A stretch of DNA of 64,000 nt, taken from assembly GCA_028826165.1 (NCBI GenBank), contig JAPDFW010000044.1, positions 124,001 through 188,000 on the forward strand, read 5' to 3'. Shown here piece by piece: positions 1-13,110 of the stretch; within the stretch, counting starts at the first letter, position 1; each line of letters starts with the position of its first letter. The position numbers were made by a program, and so were the translations under genes. Origin of the DNA: Anaeramoeba ignava BMAN. Taxonomy: Eukaryota; Protista; Anaeramoebae. A model generated the notes under the pieces. The model did not search any database. It was not told the DNA's origin and was given only the letters and a program-made list of their open reading frames with translations.

Positions 1-3000
1 ATTCAAGAACTTCTTCTCAAATTTGGTGCTGATCCAAATATTAGTTCAGTAATTTTTTCTTTTAAAAATTTATAAATCTAAATAGAAAAGAAAAAAAAAA
101 GAAATTAATTTTGCTTCCATTTTAGTTTTCAATTTTATTATTAATAACTCAAAATCCTTCGAAATTTTTAAATCCTGACAAAGAAATTGAACTTCTTATA
201 AAATATGGAGCTAAAATTAAAGATGATAATAATAATAATGTATCAAAAAAATCAAATCAAAAAAATTTCAAAACAAATTTATGGTTGTTATTATTATTAT
301 TGTTATTTGATTTTAGTATGAAAATAGTCTTTTATTTAATGCAATCAATCATTCCTTTTCTCCTAAAACTGTCGATTTGTTACTTAATTTAAAACCTAAT
401 ATTGATATTAAGGTTTGATTTCAATTTAAATCAAAAATCAAAATTACAACTAAAAATTAATCATTAAATTTCTTTCATTTCTTAATTTTCTTTTAGTTGC
501 CTGTATTTTAATTATTTCTTTTCTTTTGTAAATCATCAATATTTAATTCCATTTTATTTTAGAATGTAAATTATTTCCAAAAAAAAATTGTTTCTTTTGT
601 TTTTCTTAATTGAAGATCATTCCAATTATTCAAAAAAAATCATTTTTTTTTAGAATCACTCTATGTTATCATTTGCAATAAAGCAAAAATATCCTCTTTC
701 TATAATTGAAAAAATTTATAATATGGGTTCTAATGATGTTAATCGCCTTGATGCTGTATTTTATTTTATTTTATATTTTCAAATATCAAGATTTCAAAAA
801 AAAAAAATTGAAAACAAATTCCTTTTTAAATAATTTTATAGGATGTAAATAATTCAATTCATTTTGGGAAATTTTGATTTATTCATTTTTTTTTCTTCTT
901 CTTAAAATTTAGTCTAAATCACCTTTATTTCATTCAGTCTTTCATGATTCAGTTGAAGTTTGTGAATTTCTTCTTAAAAACAAAGCAGATCCAAATCAAG
1001 TGATTTATATTTAGAAAAAAAAAATTTAGAATTGAAATGTTATTAATTTTTAAATTTAAAAGGGTGTAAAATACAAGAAAATCTTTTTTTTTTAATTGTT
1101 AAAAAAAGCAAATATTTATTCTAATTCCTTTTTTTTTTAAAGTCTAAAAATTTACCTCTTCATGCAGTTTGTTCGGATAAAAAATGTCTTGTTGATTTTG
1201 CAGATATATTAATTAAATATGGAGCTGATATTGAAAAAAAAGATGTAAATTTTTTGAATTTTAATAAGAAAAAAAAGAAAAATTATTTGACAAAAACAAT
1301 TCATTTGATGATATTTTTAGCAAGTAAAAAAAAATATTATCATTTAATTAATTAATTTATTTATTGATATTTTTTTTGAAGTTGAGAAAAACACCGATCC
1401 AAATTTGTTGTTGGAGTTCAAAAATTTTTGAGTTAGTTCAGTTATTGATTTCGAAAGGTGCTCAAACAAATGTAGTCACTGTAAATTATTCATAATTTTT
1501 CTAAAAAAAAAAATAATTTACAACAAAATAATTTTCTCTTGCTTTCTTGTTAAAGGATGTAATTTCCCTTTTTTTTTAAAAAAATTATAATATTGAAATG
1601 AAAAAAATTTCTTTTCTTTTCTTTTCTTTGCTTTTTTTTAGAAAGGAGAAACATTATTACATCTTGTTTGTGTTTTTTTTTTGTGGATATTTTTCTATTA
1701 ATTTTTAATTTTTTTTATATTTTTTTAAATAGTTATTTTCTTCAACTGTAATTATTTTTTTTTCTTTTCAAATTTTTATTCTTGATTAACTGATTATTTT
1801 ATTTTAGATTGAAAACCCAAAAACTGTTGCTAAAATTGTGGGTTTTTTATTTGAAAAATTAATTCCAATTAATGGATTAAATGTTTGATCTCAAAAAAAA
1901 AAAATTATAATTTTTCTTTTTAGTTTAATAATAATAATAATAATAATAATATTTTATTTTTTAGCAAGTAATTCATTGGAATAATTTCTTGTTTTTATTT
2001 TTATTTTTATTAAAAATATTTATTTATTTATTTAGTTGGTAATAATTTAAAAATATTGAAGAAAAATGATTTTAATCAATTATTTTTTTTTAGAAACAAA
2101 CCGCATTGCATTTAGCAATAGCAACAAAAAAACCTTTAGATTCTATTGAATCACTTCTTGATTATGGAGCTTTTATTGAGATTAAAGATGTAGAATATTA
2201 TATAATACAATTAAGAATATTATCAAGAAATTGATTTGAATGAGAAAAAAAATAGCGAGTAATAGAGAAACTATTTGTTATTAATTTATTAATTTTTAAT
2301 TTTTAATTTTTAATTTTTTAGAACGTAAGAATGTTTTTTCTTTTGGATTTAAAATTATTTGATTAATTTTGAAATTTTAAATTTTTTTATAAAAGGATCA
2401 AACTCCTTTATCACTTGCAAATTCCGAACAAAAAGAATTCATTGATTCGTATTTATCCATTTGTGAGGATATGAATAATCTTCTTGAAGACAATCCATTA
2501 GCTGATTTTACTATTTATTTGAATGAAGGAAATCTTAGATATCATAAAATTATTTTAAATTCAAGAATTGGTGAAGAAAATATTCCAAAATTTTTAGAAA
2601 TAATTTCAACAAAAGAAAAACAAGAAGTTGAACTATTTATGAAATTCATTTATTCAGGTTTGATTTTAAATCCACATCAATATGATATTTGCAAAGAAAT
2701 TTGGGATTCAATTGGATTGAATGATTTGGATAAACAAATTGGGAAAAAAAGTTTGATTTCGAATTTAAGAAAATTAGAAAATGATGAAAATTCCAAAGAT
2801 TTTACAATTTTGTGTGAAAACAAAGAAATTCGTGTTCACAAATTCATTTTATTTGCAAGAAGTGAGTTATTTAGAGGAATGTTTCTTAATGTCAGTGATG
2901 ATTCTAATAAAGTCAATGATTACAGTGGGAGATCTTTTGATTCAATGAATCAATTAATTCATTTTTTTATCAAGATGATTTTCTTGATTTAACAAAAAGT

Positions 3001-3087
3001 GTTGCTGAAGAATTGAATGAAGCAAAAGAATTTTATCAATTAAATTCTCATTCTTCTTTTGATCTTAAATTACTTAATTTTCAATAA
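1..3087 (+). CDS. Ankyrin-repeat + BTB/POZ protein (5'-truncated by window edge), 21 phase-0 GT-AG introns with microexons
   Basis: Exons 1-48,126-239,317-412,497-502,563-565,654-755,842-844,913-999,1063-1065,1143-1244,1321-1323,1382-1480,1556-1558,1642-1665,1733-1747,1808-1882,1965-1967,2036-2038,2094-2189,2256-2258,2322-2324,2396-3087 splice into ankyrin repeats (LLLKFGADPN, KGETLLHL, KQTALHLAI, DQTPLSLA). These are followed by BTB domains (SKDFTILCENKEIRVHKFILFARSELFRGMF). One T is apparently missing in the T-run at ~2962-2968; restoring it extends the frame to TAA 3085-3087. Confidence 0.88.
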
Positions 3088-3149
3088 GAAAAAAAAAACA
3101 CAACAAACAAAACATTTAATTTTCGAATCAGAGAAAGAGATTAATAAAC

Positions 3150-5480
3150 CAAAATTTAAAACATTTATTAAAATTAAATTTTAAAACAATTTAAAGAGAT
3201 TTTTATAAAAATAAATTTATTTATTAATTAAAAACAAAATAAATTATTAAGATTTAATTTAAAACATTTATTAAAATTTAATTTTGAATCAATTTAAAGA
3301 AAAGATCATAAATATAAATTTATTTATTAATTAAAAATTAAATAAAAATAAAAAGAATTTTGATCTATTTTTATAAATAAAAATAAAAATAAAATTTAAA
3401 ATTATTTAGATTTAATTTAAATATTTATTAAAAATTAAATTTTAAAACAATTTAAAGAAAAGATCATAAATATAAATTTATTTATTAATTAAAAAGGGAT
3501 AAAAATAAAAATTAAATAAAAAATAATTAAATTTTGATATTTTTTATATTGAATAAAAACAAAAATAAATTATTAATATTTAATTTAAAACCTTTATTAG
3601 AATTAAATTTTAAAACAATTTAAAAAGAAAAGATCATGAATATAAATTTATTTATTAATTAAAAATTAAATAAAAAATAAAAGAATTTTGATCTATTTTA
3701 TATAAATAAAAACAAAAATAAATTATTAAGATTTAATTTAAAACATTTATTAAAATATAATTTGGAATCAATTTAAAGAAAAGATCATAAATATAAATTT
3801 ATTTATTAATTAAAAAGGGATAAAAATAATTAAATTTTGATTTTATTTTATATAAATAAAAATAAAATAAATTATTAATATTTAATTTAAAACCTTTATT
3901 AGAATTAAATTTTAAAACAATTTAAAAGAAAAGATCATAAATATAAATTTATTTATTAATTAAAAAGGGATAAAAATAATTAAAAATTAAATAAAAAATA
4001 AAAGAATTTTGATTCATTTTATATAAATAAAAATAAATTAAATTATTAAGATTTAATTTAAAACATTTATTAAAAATTAAATTTTAAAACAATTTAAAAG
4101 AAAAGATCATAAATATAAATTTATTTATTAATTAAAAAATTAAATAAAAAATAATTAAATTTTGATCTATTTTATATTAATAAAAATAAAATAAATTATT
4201 AATATTTAATTTAAAAACCTTTATTAAATTAAATTTTAAAACAATTTAAAGAAAAGATCATAAATATAAATTTATTTTTATTAATTAAAAAGGGATAAAA
4301 AAAATAAAAATTAAATAAAAATAATTAAATTTTGATCTATTTTATATAAATAAAAATAAAATAAATTATTAAGATTTAATTTAAAACATTTATTAGAATT
4401 TAATTTGGAATCAATTTAAAAGAAAAGATCATAAATATAAATTTATTTATTAAATAAAAAGGGATAAAAATAAAAATTAAATAAAAATAAAAGAATTTTG
4501 ATCTATTTTATATTAATAAAAATAAAATTAAATTATTAAGATTTAATTTAAAAACCTTTATTAAAATTAATTTTTTAAAACAATTTAAAAAGAAAAGATC
4601 ATAAATATAAATTTATTTATTAATTAAAAAGGGATAAAAAAATAAAAATTAAATAAAAATAAAAATTAAATTTTGATCTATTTTATATAAATAAAAATAA
4701 AATAAATAATTAAGATTTAATTTAAAACATTTATTAAAATTTAATTTGGAATCAATTTAAAGAAAAGATCATAAATATAAATTTATTTATTAATTAAAAA
4801 GGGATAAAAATAAAAATTAAATAAAAATAAAAGAATTTTGATCTATTTTATATAAATAAAAATAAAATAAATTATTAAGATTTAATTTAAAACATTTATT
4901 AGAATTAAATTTTAAAACAATTTAAAAGAAAAGATCATAAATATAAATTTATTTATTAATTAAAAAGGGATAAAAATAAAAATTAAATAAAAATAATTAA
5001 AATTTTGATCTATTTTATATAATTAAAAACAAAAATAAATTATTAAGATTTAATTTAAAATATTTATTAAAATATAATTTTTTAAAACAATTTAAAAGAA
5101 AAGATCATAAATATAAATTTATTTATTAATTAAAAAGGGATTAAAAATAAAAATTAAATAAAAATAAAAGAATTTTGATCTATTTTATATTAATAAAAAT
5201 AAAATAAATTATTAATATTTAATTTAAAATATTTATTAGAATTAAATTTTAAAACAATTTAAAGAAAAGATCATAAATATAAATTTATTTGCTATTTCAA
5301 AATTAAATAAAAAATAAAAGAATTTTGATCTATTTTATATAAATAAAAATAAATTAAATTATTAAGATTTAATTTAAAATATTTATTAAAATTTAATTTG
5401 GAATCAATTTAAAGAAAAGATCATAAATATAAATTTATTTATTAAATAAAAAAGGGATAAAAATTAAAAATAAATAAAAA
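3150..5480. repeat. AT-rich tandem repeat, ~150-172 bp unit, ~14 copies
   Basis: Marker AAAGATCATAAATATAAATTTATTTATTAATT recurs at ~3301,3459,3629,3780,3930,4102,4253,4424,4594,4764,4930,5100,5266,5416. Confidence 0.9.
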
Positions 5481-6111
5481 ATAAAAAAGAAATTATTAAA
5501 ATTTAATTTAAAACTCTTTCTATTTTTAAAAGTACTTGAAATTGGTTTGAATGTTCCAAACAAAAAAAAAAGAAAAAAAAAAAGAAAAAGCAAAAATTTA
5601 TAATTGAAAAACCCTTTATTTAAAAAGTATCCCTTAAAAGAAAAAAAATTAAGAATTACGAATAAGAAAAGAATTAAATTAAAAATAAACAAATTTAATT
5701 AAAAATTTTAATTAAAAATTTAATTAATAAATTGGGGGTAAAAAAAAATTAAAAAAAGATCTTTTTTTTTTTCTTTTTCTTCAGAGATCCAAACTAAAAA
5801 AATTCAATAAAAAAAAAACAAAAAATTAAATTGTTCCAAAATAGAAATTCAATTTAAAAATATTTTAAAATTTAATGTGCCAAAAAACTCTCAAAAAAAA
5901 ATATTTAAAACTTGTTTTTTTTTTTATTAAATTTAGCAATTAAAATTTCCAAGTTTCAAATTTTTTTTTTTTTTTAATTAATTTTCAAAAAAATTTTCAA
6001 GCTGATCAAATTATAAAATCACTTTTTTCTTTCTAAATTTTTTTTTACTCTTTAATTTTAATAATTTTTTTTAATTTTTTTTTATTTCTTTATTTCAAAC
6101 AAACAAAGAAA

Positions 6112-7074
6112 ATGCTTTTCGGTTTCAATTCAAATTTAGATGAATTTTTCGAAGATTTATTTGAAGATCCAAATACCCCAAATGAAAAGAATCCACAATC
6201 AAGTAAATACAAAACAAAACAAAACAAAACAATAATAAAACAAAACAAACAATAAAACCAATTTTTGGATTGAATCAATTTTTAATTATAATTTTAATAT
6301 TTTTTTTTATTTAATATTTTTTTTTTGGAAATTAAAAGAGGGTTTAAAAATTATTTTCACTTTCAATTCTCCAATTTTATTTAAAAAAAAAAAAGATTAT
6401 TAATTATTAATTTTTGATTTTAATTAATTTGATTGAAATTTCATTTTCGTTTTTATTAATAATATTTATAATAATCATTATATAAAATTTTTGATTTTAA
6501 AGTATTAGATCTCAATATAACATTCAATTATGCAGAAATTTTAGGTTTACGACCAGAAACAAAACAAACAGAACCAAAAAAAGAAGCAAATCAAAAAGAT
6601 CAAAATCCAAAAGAAATTTTATTCGATCCAAAAGTTGAAATTCAAAAAGAAATTCAAAAAGAAATACAAAAAGAAAAAGAACAAAAAGAAGAAAAAGAAG
6701 AAAATCCAAAAAAAACAGTTAATAAAACCAAAAAAGTAAAAAGGGAGAAAATTCCAAAAATGTCGAAAAAATTGAAAAAACAATTGGAAGAAAATCAAAT
6801 CCAAACTATTGGCAATAAGGAAGTTGATCTAGGCGCAAAAATGTCAAGAAAAGAACTCCATAAACTTTCTCCTAAACAAAGAAAACTAAGAACTTTAATT
6901 AAAAATAGAAGAAGTGCGAAAAAATCAAGAGAAAAAGTCAAAAGAAGATTGGAAGATTATGAAGAAAAAATTCAAGAATTAGAAAAAGGAAACGAGGATT
7001 TACAACAAAAAGTTAAGAGATTGGAAAAAAAGAATAAAAAACTCAAGGAGGAATTAAAAAAGAAAAGAAAATAA
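6112..7074 (+). CDS. bZIP transcription factor
   Basis: ATG 6112, phase-1 donor at 6203, acceptor 6501-6502, then open frame into ORF 6760-7074. Basic region RKLRTLIKNRRSAKKSREK and leucine zipper LEDYEEKIQELEKGNEDLQQKVKRL. Confidence 0.85.
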
Positions 7075-7262
7075 TCAAAATAGAGTTTGAGAAAAAAAAA
7101 ACCATTTTTTCCACTTTTTTTTTGCTTTTTTCTTATTGTTTCTTTTTTTTTTTTCTTTTTTTTTGGAATAAATTTTAGTTGGAATTTTTTTTTCTCATTA
7201 TTATTTTTTAAAACAAAAATAAAAAATTAAAAATAAAAAATCATTTTTTTTCTTTTTTAAAA

Positions 7263-9153
7263 ATGGATGAAATTATATTTTTTGGTAAAAATCAATATCC
7301 AAAACTTATCAAAAATAAACCAAATAAAATAACAAAACCAATTCAATTTAAATTTGAAAATGAAAATGAAAATGAAAATGAAAATGAAAATGAAAATCAA
7401 ATTAAACAAATTTCATCAGGAGCTTTTGGAGCAATTTTCCTTTTTAAAAATGGAAAAGCAATAGAATATTTAAATGATTATAACTCAAAAAATGATTTTG
7501 AAAAAATTCAAATTGAAAATATTCAAAAAGTATCTGTTGGATCTGAAAATATAGCTATTTTAACATCAGAAGGAAATGTATTTGGCAAAGGAAGATATAT
7601 TTATACAACATTTGGAAATGAACCTAACAATGTTTCATCATTAATTGGAGATGCAAATGATAGAATAATTCAAGATGTTGTTTGTGCAGATGCGACAGTT
7701 TACTTATTAACTTTGAATCAAAATGCTTATGGAATTGGTTCAAATGAATATGGTCAACTTGGTTTTGATTATGATTATGATAATAATATTTTTGAAGAAT
7801 CAGAAAAACCAATTTTAATAATGAAAAATGTTTCTAAAATATTTTCAGGAAATTATTCAAATCATGTTTTTCTTTTAGATTTAAATCATAAATTATTTGG
7901 ATGTGGAAATAATGGTCATGGTCAACTTGGTTTAAGAAAAAAATTAAAACGAAGCTACACAGATAAAATATTTCAAATTCAAAATATTCCAAAAGGTAAA
8001 ATAATTGATATTCAATGTGGATATGGCTTCTCAATAATGTTGATTGAAAATCAAAATCAAAATCCAAAAAGAAAACTCTATTCATGTGGAGATTATAGAT
8101 ATAATGGACTTGATCAAAATAAAAATATCTATGGATTTACTGAGATCAAATCATTTTTATTTGAAAATGATGATTATGTTATTGATTTTTCTGTTGGGCA
8201 ATATCATACTTTGATTTTAACTTCTAAATCGAAATTAATTGGATTTGGAGGTAATTTTTATGGTGAATTAGGAACTGGAAATACACACAATAAATCAATT
8301 CCAATTCAAATTGAACTTCCTAAATTAAGATTTAATGGAGATATTTCTAATTATCATGTTCTTTGTGGATATCAAAAATCATTTCTTTATTATTCTCCTC
8401 CTTCTGTTTCCAATCTTGAAGCTGATTTGATAAAATTATTTGAAAGAAAAGAATTTTGTGATATTTCATTTAAAACAGAAAATGGAGAAATAATTGAAGC
8501 TCATAAATTAATATTGAAATATAGATTAAGAGATGAAAATCAAATTGAAAAACTTCAAGAAATTATTTCAAAAAAATCAATTAAAGAATCAAATCAAATA
8601 TTTGAAATGATTTATTCAAACAGAATAATAAATCCAAAATTATATTCTGAAATTAAAGAAATTATAAATTCAAATGAAAAAATTGAAGAAACAATGAAAA
8701 GAATTTATTTAAATGAAAATGAAAATGAAAAAGATTTTATAATTGAAAGAAAAGAAAAGAAATATAAATTTCCTAAATTAATACTAATAATGAGAAGTGA
8801 ATTATATCGAGGAATGTTTTTATCTGTAACAGAAGATAAATCTAATAAAGTTACAGATTATAGTGAATTAAGTAATAAATCATTTCAATTATTAGAATAT
8901 TGGATTTATTCAAATCAAATTAAAGAAGGAATTAAAATTACAAAAGAAATTATTGATGAACTAGAAACTGGAATTGATTATTTTCAATTAAATCAAACAA
9001 ATCCAAATTTAATTGATTTATTAATTAACAAATTTAATAACCAAATTCTAAATCAAAATCGAAATCAAAATCGAAATCAAAAATCAAAATCAAAATCAAA
9101 ATCAAAATCAAAATCAAAATACAAATCAAAATTCAAATTGTTTAATTTTTTAA
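7263..9153 (+). CDS. RCC1-repeat + tandem BTB protein, probable C-terminal CaaX (CLIF)
   Basis: RCC1 motifs (GSNEYGQLG, GNNGHGQLG, SVGQYHTLILT, GGNFYGELGTG) and BTB motifs (FCDISF..AHKLILKYR; RSELYRGMF). The listed ORF to 9527 runs into a microsatellite. Removing one A from the run at 9079-9083 gives ...NQNSNCLIF* ending at 9153. Confidence 0.85.
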
Positions 9154-10360
9154 AAATCAAAATCAAAATTAAAATCAAAATCAAAATCAAAATCAAAATC
9201 AAAATCAAAATCAAAATCAAAATCAAAATCAAAATCAAAATCAAAATCAAAATCAAAATCAAAATCAAAATCAAAATCAAAATCAAAATCAAAATCAAAA
9301 TCAAAATCAAAATCAAAATCAAAATCAAAATCAAAATCAAAATCAAAATCAAAATCAAAATCAAAATCAAAATCAAAATCAAAATCAAAATCAAAATCAA
9401 AATCAAAATCAAAATCAAAATCAAAATCAAAATCAAAATCAAAATCAAAATCAAAATCAAAATCAAAATCAAAATCAAAATCAAAATCAAAATCAAAATC
9501 AAAATCGAAATTAAAATTCAAAATTGAAATCATAATTGAAATCAAAATTGAAATCATAATTGAAATCAAAATTAAAATTGAAATCAAAATTGAAATCAAA
9601 ATCAAAATCAAAATTGAAATCATAATTGAAATTAAAATTAAAATCAAAATTGAAATCATAATTGAAATCAAAATTGAAATCATAATTGAAATCATAATTG
9701 AAATTAAAATTGAAATCATAATTGAAATTAAAATTGAAATCATAATTGAAATTAAAATTGAAATCAAAATTGAAATCAAAATCAAAATCAAAATTGAAAT
9801 TAAAATTGAAATCAAAATTGAAATCAAAATTGAAATCAAAATTGAAATTAAAATTGAAATCAAAATTGAAATCATAATTGAAATTAAAATTGAAATCATA
9901 ATTGAAATCAAAATTGAAATCAAAATTGAAATCATAATTGAAATCATAATTGAAATTAAAATTGAAATCATAATTGAAATCATAATTGAAATCAAAATTG
10001 AAATCATAATTGAAATCATAATTGAAATCAAAATTGAAATCAAAATTGAAATCATAATTGAAATTAAAATCAAAATCATAATTGAAATCATAATTGAAAT
10101 CAAAATTGAAATCAAAATTGAAATCAAAATTGAAATCAAAATTGAAATCAAAATTGAAATCATAATTGAAATCATAATTGAAATCAAAATTAAAATCAAA
10201 ATTGAAATCATAATTGAAATCATAATTGAAATCAAAATTGAAATCAAAATTGAAATTAAAATTGAAATCATAATTGAAATCAAAATTGAAATCAAAATTG
10301 AAATCAAAATCAAAATCAAAATTGAAATCAAAATTGAAATCATAATTGAAATCAAAATTA
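9154..10360. repeat. (AAAATC)n microsatellite followed by a 12-bp AATTGAAATCA[A/T] array
   Basis: Directly visible perfect hexamer run 9154-9505, then dodecamer variants. Confidence 0.95.
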
Positions 10361-10522
10361 AAATTTCAAATTAAAAAAATAAAAGAATTGAAAAGTAAAA
10401 TGAATAATACTCCCACATTTTTTTCATTAAAAAGAAATAAATAAAAAGATTTTTTTGTTCCTAAAATAATTTTTTATTATTAATTTTTTTTTTAAATTTT
10501 TATCTTTTCATTTTTCTTTTGA

Positions 10523-12813
10523 ATGGAACCTCTCTTTCTTCGGTTATCCATTAAAATATCAAATTTATTGGATAAATTAGTTAATTTGTGTGATGTAAGA
10601 AATTTTTGGAACAATGAAAATAAATAAAAAAATAAATTATAAATAAAATCTAATTGAAAAATTAAATAAAACAAAAATTCTTTTTCTTTTTGATCTTTTT
10701 ATAAAATAAAAAATTAATTAAATTTCTTAATTAAATTTTAATTAGAACCAAGAACAAAACCCCCAAAATAAATTCACTATATTTGAAGTTCCTTCAATTT
10801 CTATTACAGATTATGTTGAAAGATTGAGAAATTATTTCCGTTGTTCTCCTCAATGCTTTGTTAATGCAATTGTTTATCTTTTTCGCATTTTAAAACAAAA
10901 CTCTTCAATTTATCTTACAAAATACAATATACATCGCTTTTTATTAATTTCGTAATTTTTTAAAAATTTTACGTCATTTTCCAAATTTTTTTTTTAATTA
11001 AAATTTTTTTTTTCCTCTTTTTTATTTATTAATTTAGTTTAATGAGTGCAACAAAATTTTTGGAAGATAATTTCTTTGATAATAAATTTTATGCAGCTGT
11101 AAATTAAATCAATTTAAATTCAATACAATAACAAAATCCAAAAAAATATTTAATTAAATCAATCAATAACAAAATCCAAAAAATATTTAATTAAATTAAA
11201 TTAAATCAATCAATAACAAAATCCAAAAAATATTTAATTAAATTAAATTAAATTAAATCAAATTAAATCAAATTAAATCAAATTAAATTAAATTAAATTA
11301 AATTAAATTAAATTAAATTAAATCAAATCAAATCAATTTAAATCAATCAATAACAAAATCCAAAAAATATTTAAATTAAATCAAATTAAATCAAATTAAA
11401 TTAAATCAAATCAAATTAAATCAATTTAAATTAAATTAAATTAAATCAATCAATAACAAAATCCAAAAAATATTTAATTAAATTCAATACAATAACAAAA
11501 TCCAAAAAAATATTTAAATTAAATCAATCAATAACAAAATCCAAAAAAATATTTAATTAAATTAAATTAAATCAATCAATAACAAAATCCAAAAAATATT
11601 TAATTAAATTAATTTAAATTCAATACAATAACAAAATTCAAAAAAATATTCAAATTAAATCAATCAATAACAAAATCCAAAAAAATATTTAATTAAATCA
11701 ATCAACAAAATCCAAAAATATTTAAATCAAATCAAATTAAATCAAATTAAATAAATCAAAAATCAAATTAAATTAAATTAAATTAAAATTAAATTAAATC
11801 AATCAATAACAAAATCCAAAAAATATTTAAATCAAATTAAATTAAATTAAATTAAATTAAATTAAATTAAATTAAATTAAATTAAATTAAATTAAATTAA
11901 ATCAAATTAAATCAAAAAAATAATTAAATTAAATCAAATTAAATCAATCAATAACAAAATCCAAAAAATATTTAAATCAAATCAAATTAAATCAAATCAA
12001 ATCAAATCAAATTAAATTAAATCAAATTAAATCAAATTAAATCAAATTAAATCAAATTAAATCAAATTAAATCAAATTAAATCAATTTAAATTAAATTAA
12101 ATTAAATTAATTTAAATCAAATTAAATTAAATTAAATTAAATTAAATCAATCAATAACAAAATCCAAAAAATATTTAATTAAATTAATTTAAATTCAATA
12201 CAATAACAAAATTCAAAAAAATATTTAAATTAAATCAATCAATAACAAAATCCAAAAAAAATATTTAAATTAAATCAAATTAAATCAATTTAAATTAAAT
12301 TAAATTAAATTAAATCAAATCAAATTAAATCAAATTAAATTAAATTAAATTAAATCAAATTAAATCAAATTAAATCAAATAAAATTAAATCAAATCAAAT
12401 TAAATCAAATTAAATTAAATTAAATTAAATTAAATTAAATTAAATTAAATTAAATTAAATCAAATTAAATCAAATTAAATCAAAACTAAAATTAAAATTT
12501 AAATCAAATGTTTAAATAGGTCGGAGGGGTTTCATTACAAGAAATTAACAAACTTGAAATCGAATTCTTGTTTTTGATTGATTTTCAATTAGTTGTTTCA
12601 AGAGAAGAATTCATTAAAGTATTTCAAGGAATACTTTCTTTTAATGATAATTTAATCATTTCAAATTTTCCAAAATTTCCCAATTCATCAAATCCTTCAA
12701 AATTTTCAAATTCTTTAAAAAGAAAAAAAGATCAAATTAATTTTAATGGAGTAATTCAAAATGAGAATAGTTGTTCAAAGTTTTTTCAACAAAAGCAGCA
12801 ATGTATTATTTGA
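10523..12813 (+). CDS. PHO80/U-type (P-type) cyclin
   Basis: Exons 10523-10594,10746-10951,11038-11098,12520-12813 give PSISITDYVERLRNYFRCSPQCFVNAIVYL...NIHRFLLISLMSATKFLEDNFFDNKFYAAVGGVSLQEINKLEIEFLFLIDFQL, the cyclin-U/PHO80 signature. Confidence 0.9.
11099..12519 (+). repeat. 1.4-kb intron of (AAATT/AAATC)n pentamers with interspersed CAATAACAAAATCCAAAAAATATTT units
   Basis: GT 11099, AG 12519; repeats visible. Confidence 0.85.
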
Positions 12814-13110
12814 CAAGTCTGCTTTTTTTCTTTTCTTTCTCTCCTTTTTCTTCTTAATTGGGAATTTTTTGGAAAATTCATTTCACTTTTTTTTTTTTTC
12901 TTCTGAATTCAAAAAAAAAAAGAAAGTAAAAAAAATTAACAAATAATTAATTTTAATTTTAATTTTAATTTTTAATTTTATTTTTAATTTTAATTGTCTA
13001 CTTTTTAATTTAAGATGTGACCTTTTTAAATTTTTTTTTATTCATTTACAAAAAAAATTTTTTTTCCTTTTTTTTTCATTTTTTCTTTTTTCATTTTTTC
13101 ATTTTATTCC

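Noticed and set aside
9077-10355. Long ORFs of (IL)n, (KI)n, (NF)n, (ISIM)n here and at 15517, 40750-41761, 43253-44320, 45284, 55330-56121, 57872, 62923-63813
   Set aside because: Translations of microsatellites, introns, or off-frame/antisense low-complexity coding sequence; not genes
12796-12813. CaaX box on the cyclin (QCII*)
   Set aside because: Cys is third from the end, not fourth
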